Source: Spirogloea muscicola (taxonomy: Eukaryota). From it: a stretch of 35,789 bases of DNA. A model generated the notes under the pieces. That model saw nothing but the letters and a program-made list of their open reading frames with translations, was not told the origin of the DNA and did not search any database. The stretch spans positions 910,151 to 945,939 of the forward strand of contig WELB01000002.1 of NCBI GenBank assembly GCA_009602725.1, read 5' to 3'. The position numbers were made by a program, and so were the translations under genes. Shown here piece after piece: positions 1 through 10,700 of this stretch; within the stretch, counting starts at the first letter, position 1, and every line of letters begins with the position of its first letter.

Positions 1-240
1 GCACATCTTGCGGGATGACAGAGCTGTTGTCTCCTTGACTTCTCGAGTAGGCTAGTATTTCATGCGTTCTCTGAGGACAGGGACAGCAAACAGCAGTGCA
101 CAATCTGTTGTGGTTCTGCTGGCAGAACCTACTTATGGCTGCTAGATGGATAGCCCAAACAGTGCGGCTTTTGGCAGTTGCTCATGTGCAATTTGCATTT
201 TGCTGCTGACTTCATGCTGATGAAGGCCTCTTGTTTTCAG

Positions 241-3200
241 GAGTCGCAGACAAGCTGCATGCTCTGAGGAGGATGCAGCTTCAGAGCTCAACAATGCAGT
301 TGTGAATGGGCTACATAAGCCACTCAAGGAGGAGGCCAAAGATGCGGCCCTGCCCAGGCACGTGCAATCAAGCGGGCAAGAGGAGGAAGTAGAAGGGTGG
401 ATGTATGCTGGGGCGGATGGCAGGTTGAGCGGGCCGTACCCCTTGGCCCAGCTGGAGCAGGGTCTCGCCACTGGCTTCCTACCTGGGGAGCTACCTGTGC
501 ATCGTGTCAAGGATGGTGTTGTTGGGCCTCCCTTACTTCTGCAGCTGGCTTTGGTGCTCCGCAAACTCTCTGTACCACCTGGGCCTAAGAAGCAGAAAGG
601 TCAGGGCCAACACTCCTCATTGGTGGTCATTCAAGAGCCTCTGCAGCACGGGCAGCAAGCAGCGAAGACAGCGGCGCTATTGCAATGCTCACAGCCTTCT
701 GAGGGCCCTCCGTATGGAAAGGAGCAGCATGGAGCTGCTGTTGCAGTAATCACTGGAACACGATCAAAGCGCATGTTGGCATTGGGGAATGGACACTTGC
801 CATCGCAAGGAGCTTCCGCTCGGGTTGCCTGCTGCCCAGATGTAAGTGTCTACTTTTTATCCTCCTCAAGCATCAGACAAGTATTTGCAACCGAAGCATA
901 GCAATCTGACCTGTAACCTTTAAGTGAGCTAACTCATGGACACAGTGCCTCGTCACCTGAGCAGATGTGGGAGGAGGTGGCCTGGCTGTACCACGGTGTG
1001 CACGGGGAGCACGTGGGGCCGTTCTCGCTCACGCATCTTCGCCATTGGTCGTATCATGGCCAACTTCCACCTCATGCCCCGGTAGACCACCAACTCTAGA
1101 CCTTCCACGCAGCTTTCCTCGCTTGAAAATATGAGCTCTGCTAAGAGTCACTTTTATATGAGCAATATGATCTGCACTTTCTGCCAGGTCTGGCATGCCC
1201 GCGGACTTGTACCTGGGATGCCCCTTCAGCAGCTCATCAGAGCCGCAGAGAGTGGGCAACTGGCTGGTCCTCTCCGTCAAGCACATATGCAAAGCATGCA
1301 CAGTGCTTTGGCAGCCGTACGCAGCCACCTCCATGCAGCCAGCGTACGCTTCCTTCAAAGCCGCATGCTAGATGCTGTCATTTCACAGAATCTAAGTAAT
1401 TGGCTGGCAAACGCGGTTCACACTGGCTGGACGCAGTCGTCAGCAACTCCAGTAATAGGCGATTCCTTACAAGAGGTATGTATTTGACTTCTCACTGCCA
1501 CCTGTTGTCTACTACTGCCCTTTTCTCCAAGCAAGGTGCACTTGCTATTTCTGCAAGGAGGGTGGGCTCTCAACAGCCCACCTCCCATCTGTGCACCTGG
1601 CTTCACTTTTGGCAGGGTGCTGCAAAGGAAGAGGCCTCAAGGCAGCAGGCAGAGTTTCCAAGCAGCCTCGATCCGTTGCTTGCTGAGGCACGGCGAATGC
1701 TTCTGGAGCTAAAGCAGCAGCAACAAGTTCAGGAGCTTCAAGTAGCAGCAGACGAGGACAAGGAAGTTGGAGGAGAGAGATTGGCAGAGCAGCACAGATG
1801 TCATGGCCGCTCAGCTTCGAAACAAGTCTATCCACCAGGATTTGGCCCTCAGGCCGACATGGTTTCTTGTTCTCCTCCTACTTTTGGGCTACAGCTTACT
1901 GATGCTCAGGTTGCAGGGACACTGTTGCAAGATCTTACCTCTCAGGCAGATCATGCAGCACCGAAGTGTGACACTACGCCAACCCCAGAGGAAGCCTCAG
2001 CTTGGGACGGTCAAACTGCTTCTGAAGTGATGTGCGATGACCCGATTTCATCACAAAGTCCTTCTAGTTTAGACAGCTCGTCACAGACCTCTACCTTTGA
2101 AGTTGAGGATCCAGCTCTGAATGTTGGCATGACTTTGCCCATGGATCATACTACAGCTTGGGATCTTCCTCCAGGTTTCAGACCACATGTTATCGATGTC
2201 AATGCAGTGGACTCACCATCACAGTCTCCTCTTCAAGGGCAGGCTGCAACTATGAAGTACGAGTCAGTTCCATCATTGGACGATGAGCCCTTCACTCGAA
2301 GTACCCCCGCTATTTTTGGACCACAGCCTGTTGTAGTGGTGGAAGTGGAGTATTCATCTCAGCCTTCTAGCTCTCAAGTACAGGAGGCAGCTGTGCATTG
2401 TCAGGTGATGTCGCCACTGGATGACCAGCCGCTTTCCCTTGGTTTGGATGGCACCCCTACCTCCTACCTACAGCTCAGCCCAAGTGCTCAAGCCACCAAG
2501 ATTCAGGTTCCAGAGTGCAAATACCTGCAGGCTAGGGTTGAGGACAGCCATGAGGCAGCTGTGCTTCCATCCGCCACTGCTTTGGCGCAACAAGAACGTT
2601 CATCAGAGCATGATGCCGTGGCTGCCTGTTCAGACGCTCAGCAGGGTGCTAGCCTTAACGTCGATCTGGTAACCAGACTCCAAGAGACGAAATTAGACTT
2701 GCCAGAACAGGCCAGTGTCCAGGTAGATGTGCAGGGAGCCGATGATAAGCGTGAGAACTTGATAGAACAGGAAAACGATCCAGGCATGCCTCGGTACAGG
2801 TTATTATCTGAGCTCTGCTCCTCAGCAGAAGAGCCCCCACACTGTGTAGTGGTTCCGCTTGACACGCTTGACGCGCTTGACACTGAGAATCAAGCTGACA
2901 AAGTTAGTGACATGGGGAAGCAGTGGTGGCATGGACTCACTTCTGCAGCAGAGATGGAGCACTATTTGTTCACTCAGGTGTGCAGCCTTTACCTGAACGA
3001 AGACCTGACATATCCTTCTTGAGCAATAGGCATGCAGGAGATGCAAACTAAGGCTCTCTGGTTTGTATGGCAAGTTCTTCCCCGCAGGTCCTCCAGTCGC
3101 ACATGTGGAAGAGCGCGCACGTTCGACTATGCAGTGGGCCACCGAAGTTGGTGATTGAGTCTCACCTCGGACATCAAGTGCGTTCGTTGCGCAAGGCCCT

Positions 3201-4631
3201 GGAGTTGGAGAAGCTGCTTGTGGCCCAAGCGTTTGCATGGAAACCCCCACCTTTGCCTTCCCCACCCATTTTTCCTCGGCGAAATCCCCTGTTGAAGAAA
3301 GTGCGGAGAAAACGGGAGCAGGAGGGAGAGGGCACATGCTCGCGTGCAACTTCTGACGGATGGAACTGGCGGCAACAGAGCCTCGCTGACCGGCTGACCG
3401 AGCAGGCAGCCAGGCTCACCACCTCTCAAGGAGTAGGCCTTGAGGGGCTTGCAGGAGAAGCCTGCCGGCACCCCAGTGTGGCGCTTGTGGGCCCTCCCCT
3501 CACCTGGCATTCCGCTCGGTCCAACCGCATGAAGCATCGGCAGCTGGCTGTCGCAGCTGAAGGCTCGGACATCATGAAGTTGGGACAGCTGAAGGTCAGT
3601 GCTTAGCCCTCCTTTGAGCTTCCTGCAGGGGAATCCCGAGCCTGAAAAAGTCATCTCAGTCTTGCATCACTCTGGATGTGGTCCAGGCTCGTCGGAAGAA
3701 GCTCAAGCTGCAACGGAGCAAGATTCACCAGTGGGGACTTGTTGCCATGGAGTCCATCGAGGCTGAGGACTTTGTCATCGAGTACACTGGCCAGCTCATT
3801 CGACGAACGGTTTAGCCCATATCTTTCTTGTGGTGCTGCTTGGCAATCTTCATGTGTGAACTTATTATATCCTTTACACAATGACAAAAGTAACGTCAAC
3901 CTGAACATTCCACTTGCAGATATCTGACATCAGAGAGAGGCGATATGAGCGGTTGGGCATTGGCAGCAGCTATCTTTTCCGGGTTGGTGAAGACTTTGTG
4001 GTGCGTTTGCCATATCACATCAGCAGTCAATGTAGAGAGGCTTGAGCGCCAGAACGAATCTGTTGCTCACTCCTTTGCGCCTTTCCAAGTAAAGTACACC
4101 TCGTCTTGTCTGCTGTTGATAAAGTACGGCTGAATGTACTTGCTGGCAATATTCAGGTCGATGCAACTCAATTGGGGGGCCAAGCACGGTTTATTAACCA
4201 CTCCTGTGAGGTAAATTCTCCCAGACTGCCAATGTATGGGCTTTTAGGCCAGGCCTCGAAAGCCACAGGCTGACTGTAAGCGCATCCCAGGTATGAGCTA
4301 CTTATACGCGGAAAGGTCTGTAAAGCATTTCTCCAACCTGGGCCTGCGTTTTTGTCTGAGCAGCCAAATTGTTACACTAAAATCATCACAGTGGAGGGGC
4401 AGAAGAAGATCGTCATCTACTCCAAGCGATGCATTCCAGCACTAGAGGAGCTGACATATGACTACAAGTTTCCTCTGGAGGAAGTCAAGATACCGTGCTA
4501 CTGTGGTGCAAACAGGTGTGAGCATGCACGCACCTTACATGCACAAGGCAATGTGTTTGGGACGTCACTTCATTAGCTGATGAACGTGCTTCTCTTCCCA
4601 TATTAGCAGGTGCCGTGGTTACCTCAATTGA
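241..4631 (+). CDS. ATXR7: Histone H3K4 methyltransferase, ATXR7/SDG25 (SET1 class): two GYF-like domains, SET and post-SET. 5' end unresolved. Exons about 241-841, 965-1081, 1188-1475, 1616-2977, 3088-3594, 3687-3809, 3920-4000, 4157-4210, 4364-4515, 4610-4631
   Basis: GYF-like [30 protein letters not shown] and [22 protein letters not shown]; pre-[34 protein letters not shown] motifs [54 protein letters not shown]; post-[18 protein letters not shown]-stop. All introns GT-AG and phase-consistent. Confidence 0.93.
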
Positions 4632-5192
4632 GCGCCCTCTGAACGCTGATGCTTGGGTCCTCAAAGTCAAGCCGGAGTCTATGACCCAATGACTGGAGTT
4701 GGTGACAGATACTACCATTTTGTCTTCCTGTACAGATTAGTATTTGCTGGTGAATTCACTGGCAGGTTGTTGTTTAGAGCACACAATCTAGTTCCTAATT
4801 CATTCTCACTTTAGGTGGCAGTCATCGATCCGCCCCCAGGATTTGCTGAAAAGTGCACAACCTGATAATCTCTTGCACAGATGTGGAAGTGCACCATAGA
4901 ATTTTTCCTGCCATGAATGGCCACATTGGCCCCTTCAGATTACCTTGCCATAAGACACGTGCGGTTGCCACTAGGTTTGGGTTCCTTGGATAATCGTGTA
5001 TCAAATGCCAAAGGCTAGCTCTTAGCTAGCAAGCTACTCTCCATTGCACCAAAATTATCAGGATATACATGGGCAGCATCACTATGTACTGGACAAGCTT
5101 AATGACAAAAAGTGTACAAGCTTTGTACAGGCAAGTTGTCTCACGGAGCATCACGGCATGGCAGTCAGGCTGCTCTCTTTCACCATTAGTGG

Positions 5193-6769
5193 TCATCTCT
5201 CCCTTGATCTCTTAGAAGGGGCAGGCCTGTCCCGCAATTCCACATCTAGCAGTTGCCTACATCTTCGTCGTATGCTCTCTGGCAATGGGGGAACCTGTTT
5301 CATGGGGCTGCAGTCAGCTCCATCTATGCTGCGAATGTTGCACCAAAGCGAATGCAGTGTGCAGAGGGTGAGCGATGAGACCAAGCACCTGGCGAACGGG
5401 CAAGTAATGGCCTTCAGGGGGCAAGGGAATGCCCAGCTTGCGCAGCTCTTCCGTTGGAATGACTCGCCTGCATAACAGAAGAAGATGGCACAACAGACAC
5501 CAAGCAGGCCGACTGAGCTTCAGAAGTGCGAGCTGCTGCCAAGGACGCGGCTCTTGTCAAAGTACAGAAGGATCCCAGCCACTAAACTCAACTCCCAGCA
5601 ATGGAACGTGAAACAAGAAGTGACACGAAGCGAGCAGTGAACGCAGGAGCTGTCAACAGCCAGCTCGTGCAGCTCACAGTGGAGCTCTGAAAGGGGCGGT
5701 CACGGCCGCCAAAGCGGAGCTGGCCTGACTCCTTGCGCCCGCCGAGGCCCCCGCCTGGCACCACGCGCATCACAAGGTCACTTGATCTTCAGAGTGCAAG
5801 TGCTGTATGCACTGGGTTCTGGGAGTGGAGTTCTAGACTACGGATTTCAAAGACTAGAAAGCTTGGAATTTGCTCAAGGAGTCTGACTGCTGAAGGAGGA
5901 GAGGCCATAGGTTATTGACCAAGTCGACGTGGCATCCAGCCGGGCATCAAGCCCTGGCGGTAGTAGTCGACCAGGATGGCGCTGCCGTCAACCTCCAGCT
6001 TGTGTGCATGCTGCTTTCAAGAACGCCCACACCATATAGAACGCCGGTATTCAGAATTTACGGTTCAGGGCTTACGGAGCAGGGCTATTGCCAGCCTGGC
6101 CCATCTACGCTGGCCGACCAGATGTCGTGAATTCCTGTGCTACAAGTGCTGCTCTTGCTAAAAGCTATGATTGAAACCATGTAAGGGTGAAGCCGCTGCT
6201 AGCACACAGGCGCACAATGGGTTGTGTGAAGCAGGCTATGCTTGCCCTGTAGGCAGCCTCCAGGCCCAGCGCGTCCTCGAACTCCACGAACGCGTAGCGT
6301 CGCGAGGCGCCGGTCACTGCGGTGGCACGGGCCCTGGTCAGTGGCCTCCGGCGCTCGCGCAGAATGCGCCTCTCACGGCTCGTCAGTAGTCGATAGCAGT
6401 GCCAGACAAAGCGTGCTGGATGTGTCTTCAAGTTTGGCCGGGGGGGGGGGGGGGGNAAAAAAAAAGGGGGGGGGGGTTCAGACCAATGTCGCGCACCAGG
6501 CGGAGGCTGCGGATGCGGCCAAAGCGCTGCATCACCTGCGCAGCGGCAGCGGCTACGTGGGCTCGTCACTGCGCGGCGCAGGGCTCCTAGTGGCTCACCG
6601 GCGTCGCACCAGCGGCGGCAAGGTCCAGCCGCGCGGAGGCCTTGGGGACGCGCCCTTGGCCGGCGCACCTGGCTGAGGCGCGGCTCGGTGGTGTGGGCGG
6701 CCAGGTGGGCGATGAACAAGGTGGCGAGCGGGTCGCGTCCAGCGGCGTGCGGGTCCGACGCCGGGTCGT
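5193..6769 (-). CDS. SNRNP35: U11/U12 snRNP 35 kDa protein (RRM). First exon(s) lie in the N-gap. Exons 6769-6669, 6535-6484, 6316-6246, 6010-5920, 5754-5678, 5467-5389, 5294-5193, with a 1-nt frameshift at about 5690-5696
   Basis: Spliced translation [54 protein letters not shown].../[52 protein letters not shown] matches the family signature; a later exon encodes [21 protein letters not shown] like the plant orthologue. Confidence 0.92.
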
Positions 6770-6821
6770 CTGCGGCGGTGACGGCGGAGGCGGGCCCGCG
6801 TGAGGCGGCGGCGGCGGCGGC

Positions 6822-7280
6822 NNNNNNNNNNNNNNNNNNNNNNNNNNNNNNNNNNNNNNNNNNNNNNNNNNNNNNNNNNNNNNNNNNNNNNNNNNNNNNN
6901 NNNNNNNNNNNNNNNNNNNNNNNNNNNNNNNNNNNNNNNNNNNNNNNNNNNNNNNNNNNNNNNNNNNNNNNNNNNNNNNNNNNNNNNNNNNNNNNNNNNN
7001 NNNNNNNNNNNNNNNNNNNNNNNNNNNNNNNNNNNNNNNNNNNNNNNNNNNNNNNNNNNNNNNNNNNNNNNNNNNNNNNNNNNNNNNNNNNNNNNNNNNN
7101 NNNNNNNNNNNNNNNNNNNNNNNNNNNNNNNNNNNNNNNNNNNNNNNNNNNNNNNNNNNNNNNNNNNNNNNNNNNNNNNNNNNNNNNNNNNNNNNNNNNN
7201 NNNNNNNNNNNNNNNNNNNNNNNNNNNNNNNNNNNNNNNNNNNNNNNNNNNNNNNNNNNNNNNNNNNNNNNNNNNNNNNN
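6822..7280. other. Assembly gap (N run)
   Basis: Run of n; smaller N placeholders occur at 6456, 22350 and 26561-26568, each in GC-rich or homopolymer sequence. Confidence 1.
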
Positions 7281-7675
7281 GACACCAGACCCAAAGGCAC
7301 CGAGCCACCGGGAAGGGCAGCACCCTGCTCCCGGCGCCGCTGGTCAGCTTGAGAGGCCAGCAGCGAAAGTAACGAGGACCACCGACCCCCGTAACACCCA
7401 TGGATGTCCATGGCCAGGGGGTAAAAGGTATCACCCGCCGGGTGGTCCTTGTACTTGTGCAGCTTCTTCCGTTCGGCTACCTTCGCAGCGTAGCCGGTCT
7501 CAGAAGTAATGGGGCCCTTCGTCCGGAAGCTGTCGGTGAGGACAACGTCCATGAGGAGCCGCTTGCCACCTCCCAGGGGGACGCCGACCAGATCGACACG
7601 CCTCGTCCGAGGGACCCCATTGCGGAGGAGGATGGGCATCACCCCAGGCTCGCAGCTCCGCTCCCCGGACGCCCA
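7281..7675 (-). mobile_element. Fragment of a non-LTR retrotransposon C-terminal restriction-like endonuclease (RLE, PD-(D/E)xK) domain, CRE/R2-like; 5'-truncated, 3' end runs into the gap
   Basis: Stop-free minus-strand peptide CEPGVMPILLRNGVPRTRRVDLVG...LLMDVVLTD...AAKVAERKKLHKYKD...FYPLAMDIHGCYGGRW fits the EP..RxD..xxDV..A..E..K..KY..F.Pla.d..G..G pattern of RLE domains. Intronless and unrelated to the flanking genes. Confidence 0.75.
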
Positions 7676-7721
7676 TAATGGCCTCCTCCTCGCCGTGACC
7701 CCGCTCCCCCGGCGCCCAGCC

Positions 7722-10700
7722 ATGGAGCGCGGCGAGCGCAGCCTGCGCGGCGGCGCGGGGCACGGCGCGCCGGACACGGTGCGGCGGCTGCTGGGCGAGC
7801 TGTGCGCGCGGGGGCCGGTGGCGGAGGGCGCGCGGGCGGCGCTGCGGGAGCACGTGGAGGAGGAGGCGCGGGAGCTGCCGGGCGACGCGTTCTGGCGGCT
7901 CATGGAGGCGCTGTACGACCGCGTGGCCGCGCTGGTGGACAGCCCCGACGCGCTGGACAACCTGGGCGCCGTGCGCGCCATCCAGCAGCTCATCGCGCTC
8001 AAGCTCGGCGAGGACGCCACCAAGATCTCGCGCTTCGCCTCCTCGCTGCGCACCATCTTCGAGGAGAAGCAGGACCCCGACGTGCTCCTCGCCGCCACCG
8101 CCGCGCTCGGCCTCCTCGCGCGCACCGGCGGCGCCCTCACCGCCGACGTCGTCGAGTTCCAGGTCAAGCAGGCGCTCGACTGGCTCCACGCCCCCGCCAC
8201 GCCCGACTCCCGCCGCTACGCGGCTGTCCTCATCCTCAAGGTGCTTTTGCGCCCCATGCGTCTTCGTCCTCTCTTAAGCTCGAGGCCAGCTGCTCCGAGA
8301 TACCACACACGGGCCACCCGGGTCTCCTCATGGAGCTACCGTGCTTGCGCCGACCTTGGACTCGGTCCCGGACTTGGCCCAGGAGATGGCGGAGAATGCG
8401 CCGACGGTGTTCAACGTGCACGTGCCCATGTTCATCGACGTCATCTGGGCGGCGCTGCGCGACCCCAAGCTGCACATCCGCGAGCGCGCGTGCGACGCCC
8501 TGAGGGCCTGCCTGCAGGTCATCGAGAAGCGCGAGACGCGCTGGCGCGTGCAGGGGTACTACCGCATGTTCGAGGAGACCCAGAAGGGCCTCGTGCGCAA
8601 CGCCTCCGTGGAGAGCATCCACGGCTCCCTGCTGGCCATCGGCGAGCTCCTCAGGTCCTCACAGGCCCCAACAAAAAGATGGGGTGGGAGAGCCTCACCG
8701 TAGAGCTCGCCAGCTGCAGCGTTGCTGTCCTCTGGCTGCCACTGAAGTGGGTGCCGGCAGGGCCTGCTGCACAGAAACACGGGCGAGTTCATGATGGCGC
8801 GCTACAAGGAAGTAGCCGACATTGTGCTCAAGTACCGCGACCATCGGGAGCGCCTCGTGCGCCGCTCCATCACCTCCCTCCTCCCCCGCATCGCCCACTT
8901 TCTCCGTGACCGATTCGTTTCCTCCTACCTCAAGGCAAGGGTCACTTCGGCTGCCTCAGCTGCGCTACTTGTGTGTGGCCCATTGCATTCGCCATCGAGA
9001 GGGACATGCGGGCCCTCCGCCTCAATGTTGTCTTGCTCGCTGTTGGAGTGTCCACTCCAGATCTGCATGGAGCACCTCCTGGGCGTCATGCGCAACCCAG
9101 CGGAGCGCACCAGCGGTTTCGTGGCGCTGGGCGAGATGGCCAGCGCTGTCGGTGGCGCTCTGGGGCCCTACCTTCCCCACATTACTGCTCTCCTGCGCGA
9201 CGCAGTAAGAGACAAGTCGTACCTTGCCATGCCTTTCCAATTGCGCATTGGCCTGTGGCGGTGGTCCAATCCTATGCACGCCTTTCTGAGCTCCTCGATG
9301 CATGGCGCAGCTGGTGCCCCGCAGAGGGCGGCCGTCAATGGAGGCCCTGGCCTGTGTGGGGGCAGTGGCTGCAGCTGTGGGGCCCGAGTTCACCAGCAGC
9401 GCTCGCTCCTTACTGGACCCGTGCTTTGCCGCCGGCCTCTCCCCAACCCTCGTCACCTCGCTCTCGCAAATGGCAGCCAGGTGCGTGCGTGTCCACGTCT
9501 TGCCCTACTGCTGGTGAAGCATCACGATGCCCGTCAGGTGCGTCTCCTGAGCTTCACCTCGCTGTCCTCTCCTCAGCCTCCCCCTGCTCCTGCCAGCAAT
9601 CCAAGCGCGCCTCTTGGACACCGTCGCTGGCATCCTGACCAAGCAGAGCTACCGCGATGCTGCCGGCTCTGGCCGGGCAAGTCATGGTCATGTCCCGGGC
9701 GGCTCTTTTGGCACTCGGATCAGCCATGGCGGCTCCTCTCCCGGAGGGGCTTCCTCCATGCCTGGGGACCTGACCAGCACTGCCCTCACGCAGCTCGCGC
9801 TGCGCACGCTTGCCACCTTCGATTTGCAGGTTCGGATGCGGCTTCTGCCATACCGAGCATTGCCCCATTGCTTGGATTGTGCAATTTGTACTATCTCCCG
9901 ATGTTACCACCACTTGGCGCGCCTCTCGAAGACAGCGTTGTCCAACACAGCCAGCTCGTGTGCATCATACTTCGTTCAGCTGCTTTGGCATTGAGACTGC
10001 TGTGCCCTTGACTCTTTTTCAGGGCCACGAATTGCTAGAGTTTGTGAAGGAGACCGTGGTTCAATATCTGGACGACGACGACCCCTCAACCCGGCAAGAA
10101 GCCGGGATCTGCTGCTGCTGGCTGCTTGAGCAGTCATGTGCAGCTGCGGCATTCCATTCCCCTCTTGCAATACAGCCAACACCATCCTCCATCCCCAATT
10201 CTCCATCTTCGCATCTGGGCACGGCTGCAGTAGGGGGCCCCTCATCAAGAGTAGGGGGCCCCTCGCAAGCGGGGCCCATCTCACACCGGCGGCGACGGCT
10301 TCTCGTTGAAGAGGTACTTGTGCATCCTGCTGTCAATTGGACATTCTGGGCAAAGTAGAATTGGGTGTCATGGCCCATGTGCTTATTTGGCTGGTCCAGC
10401 TGTCATCCAAGTCTTTGGAACACAAGAAAGGCCTTGTAAATTGATCAAGGACTACACTTGCCAGTTGCAAACAGAAGCACTTGTTGCTGGCGCCAACCTT
10501 CCTTTGTGAGCCACATCTGTGCATGCCTGAGCAGAACCAGTGCCTTGACATCAATGGACAGTCTGTATCTCTATCCACTGATGAGACTAGCCAATATTGC
10601 AACAGGTGGTTAGCCGCCTCCTAGTTGCCGCGGTTGTGGACGCCGACTCTGGTGTTCGGAAGGCCATTCTTGCATCATTCCGTCCCGATGTGGGCTTTGA

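Noticed and set aside
6440..6477. Poly-G / N / poly-A / poly-G run (G-quadruplex or retro-tail candidate)
   Set aside because: Flanks an N inside an SNRNP35 intron and looks like low-quality contig ends.
6587..8200. Long ORFs spanning the N-gap (537, 279, 273 and 190 aa)
   Set aside because: Artefacts of translating through Ns and GC-rich antisense sequence; only the RLE segment at 7281-7675 is meaningful.
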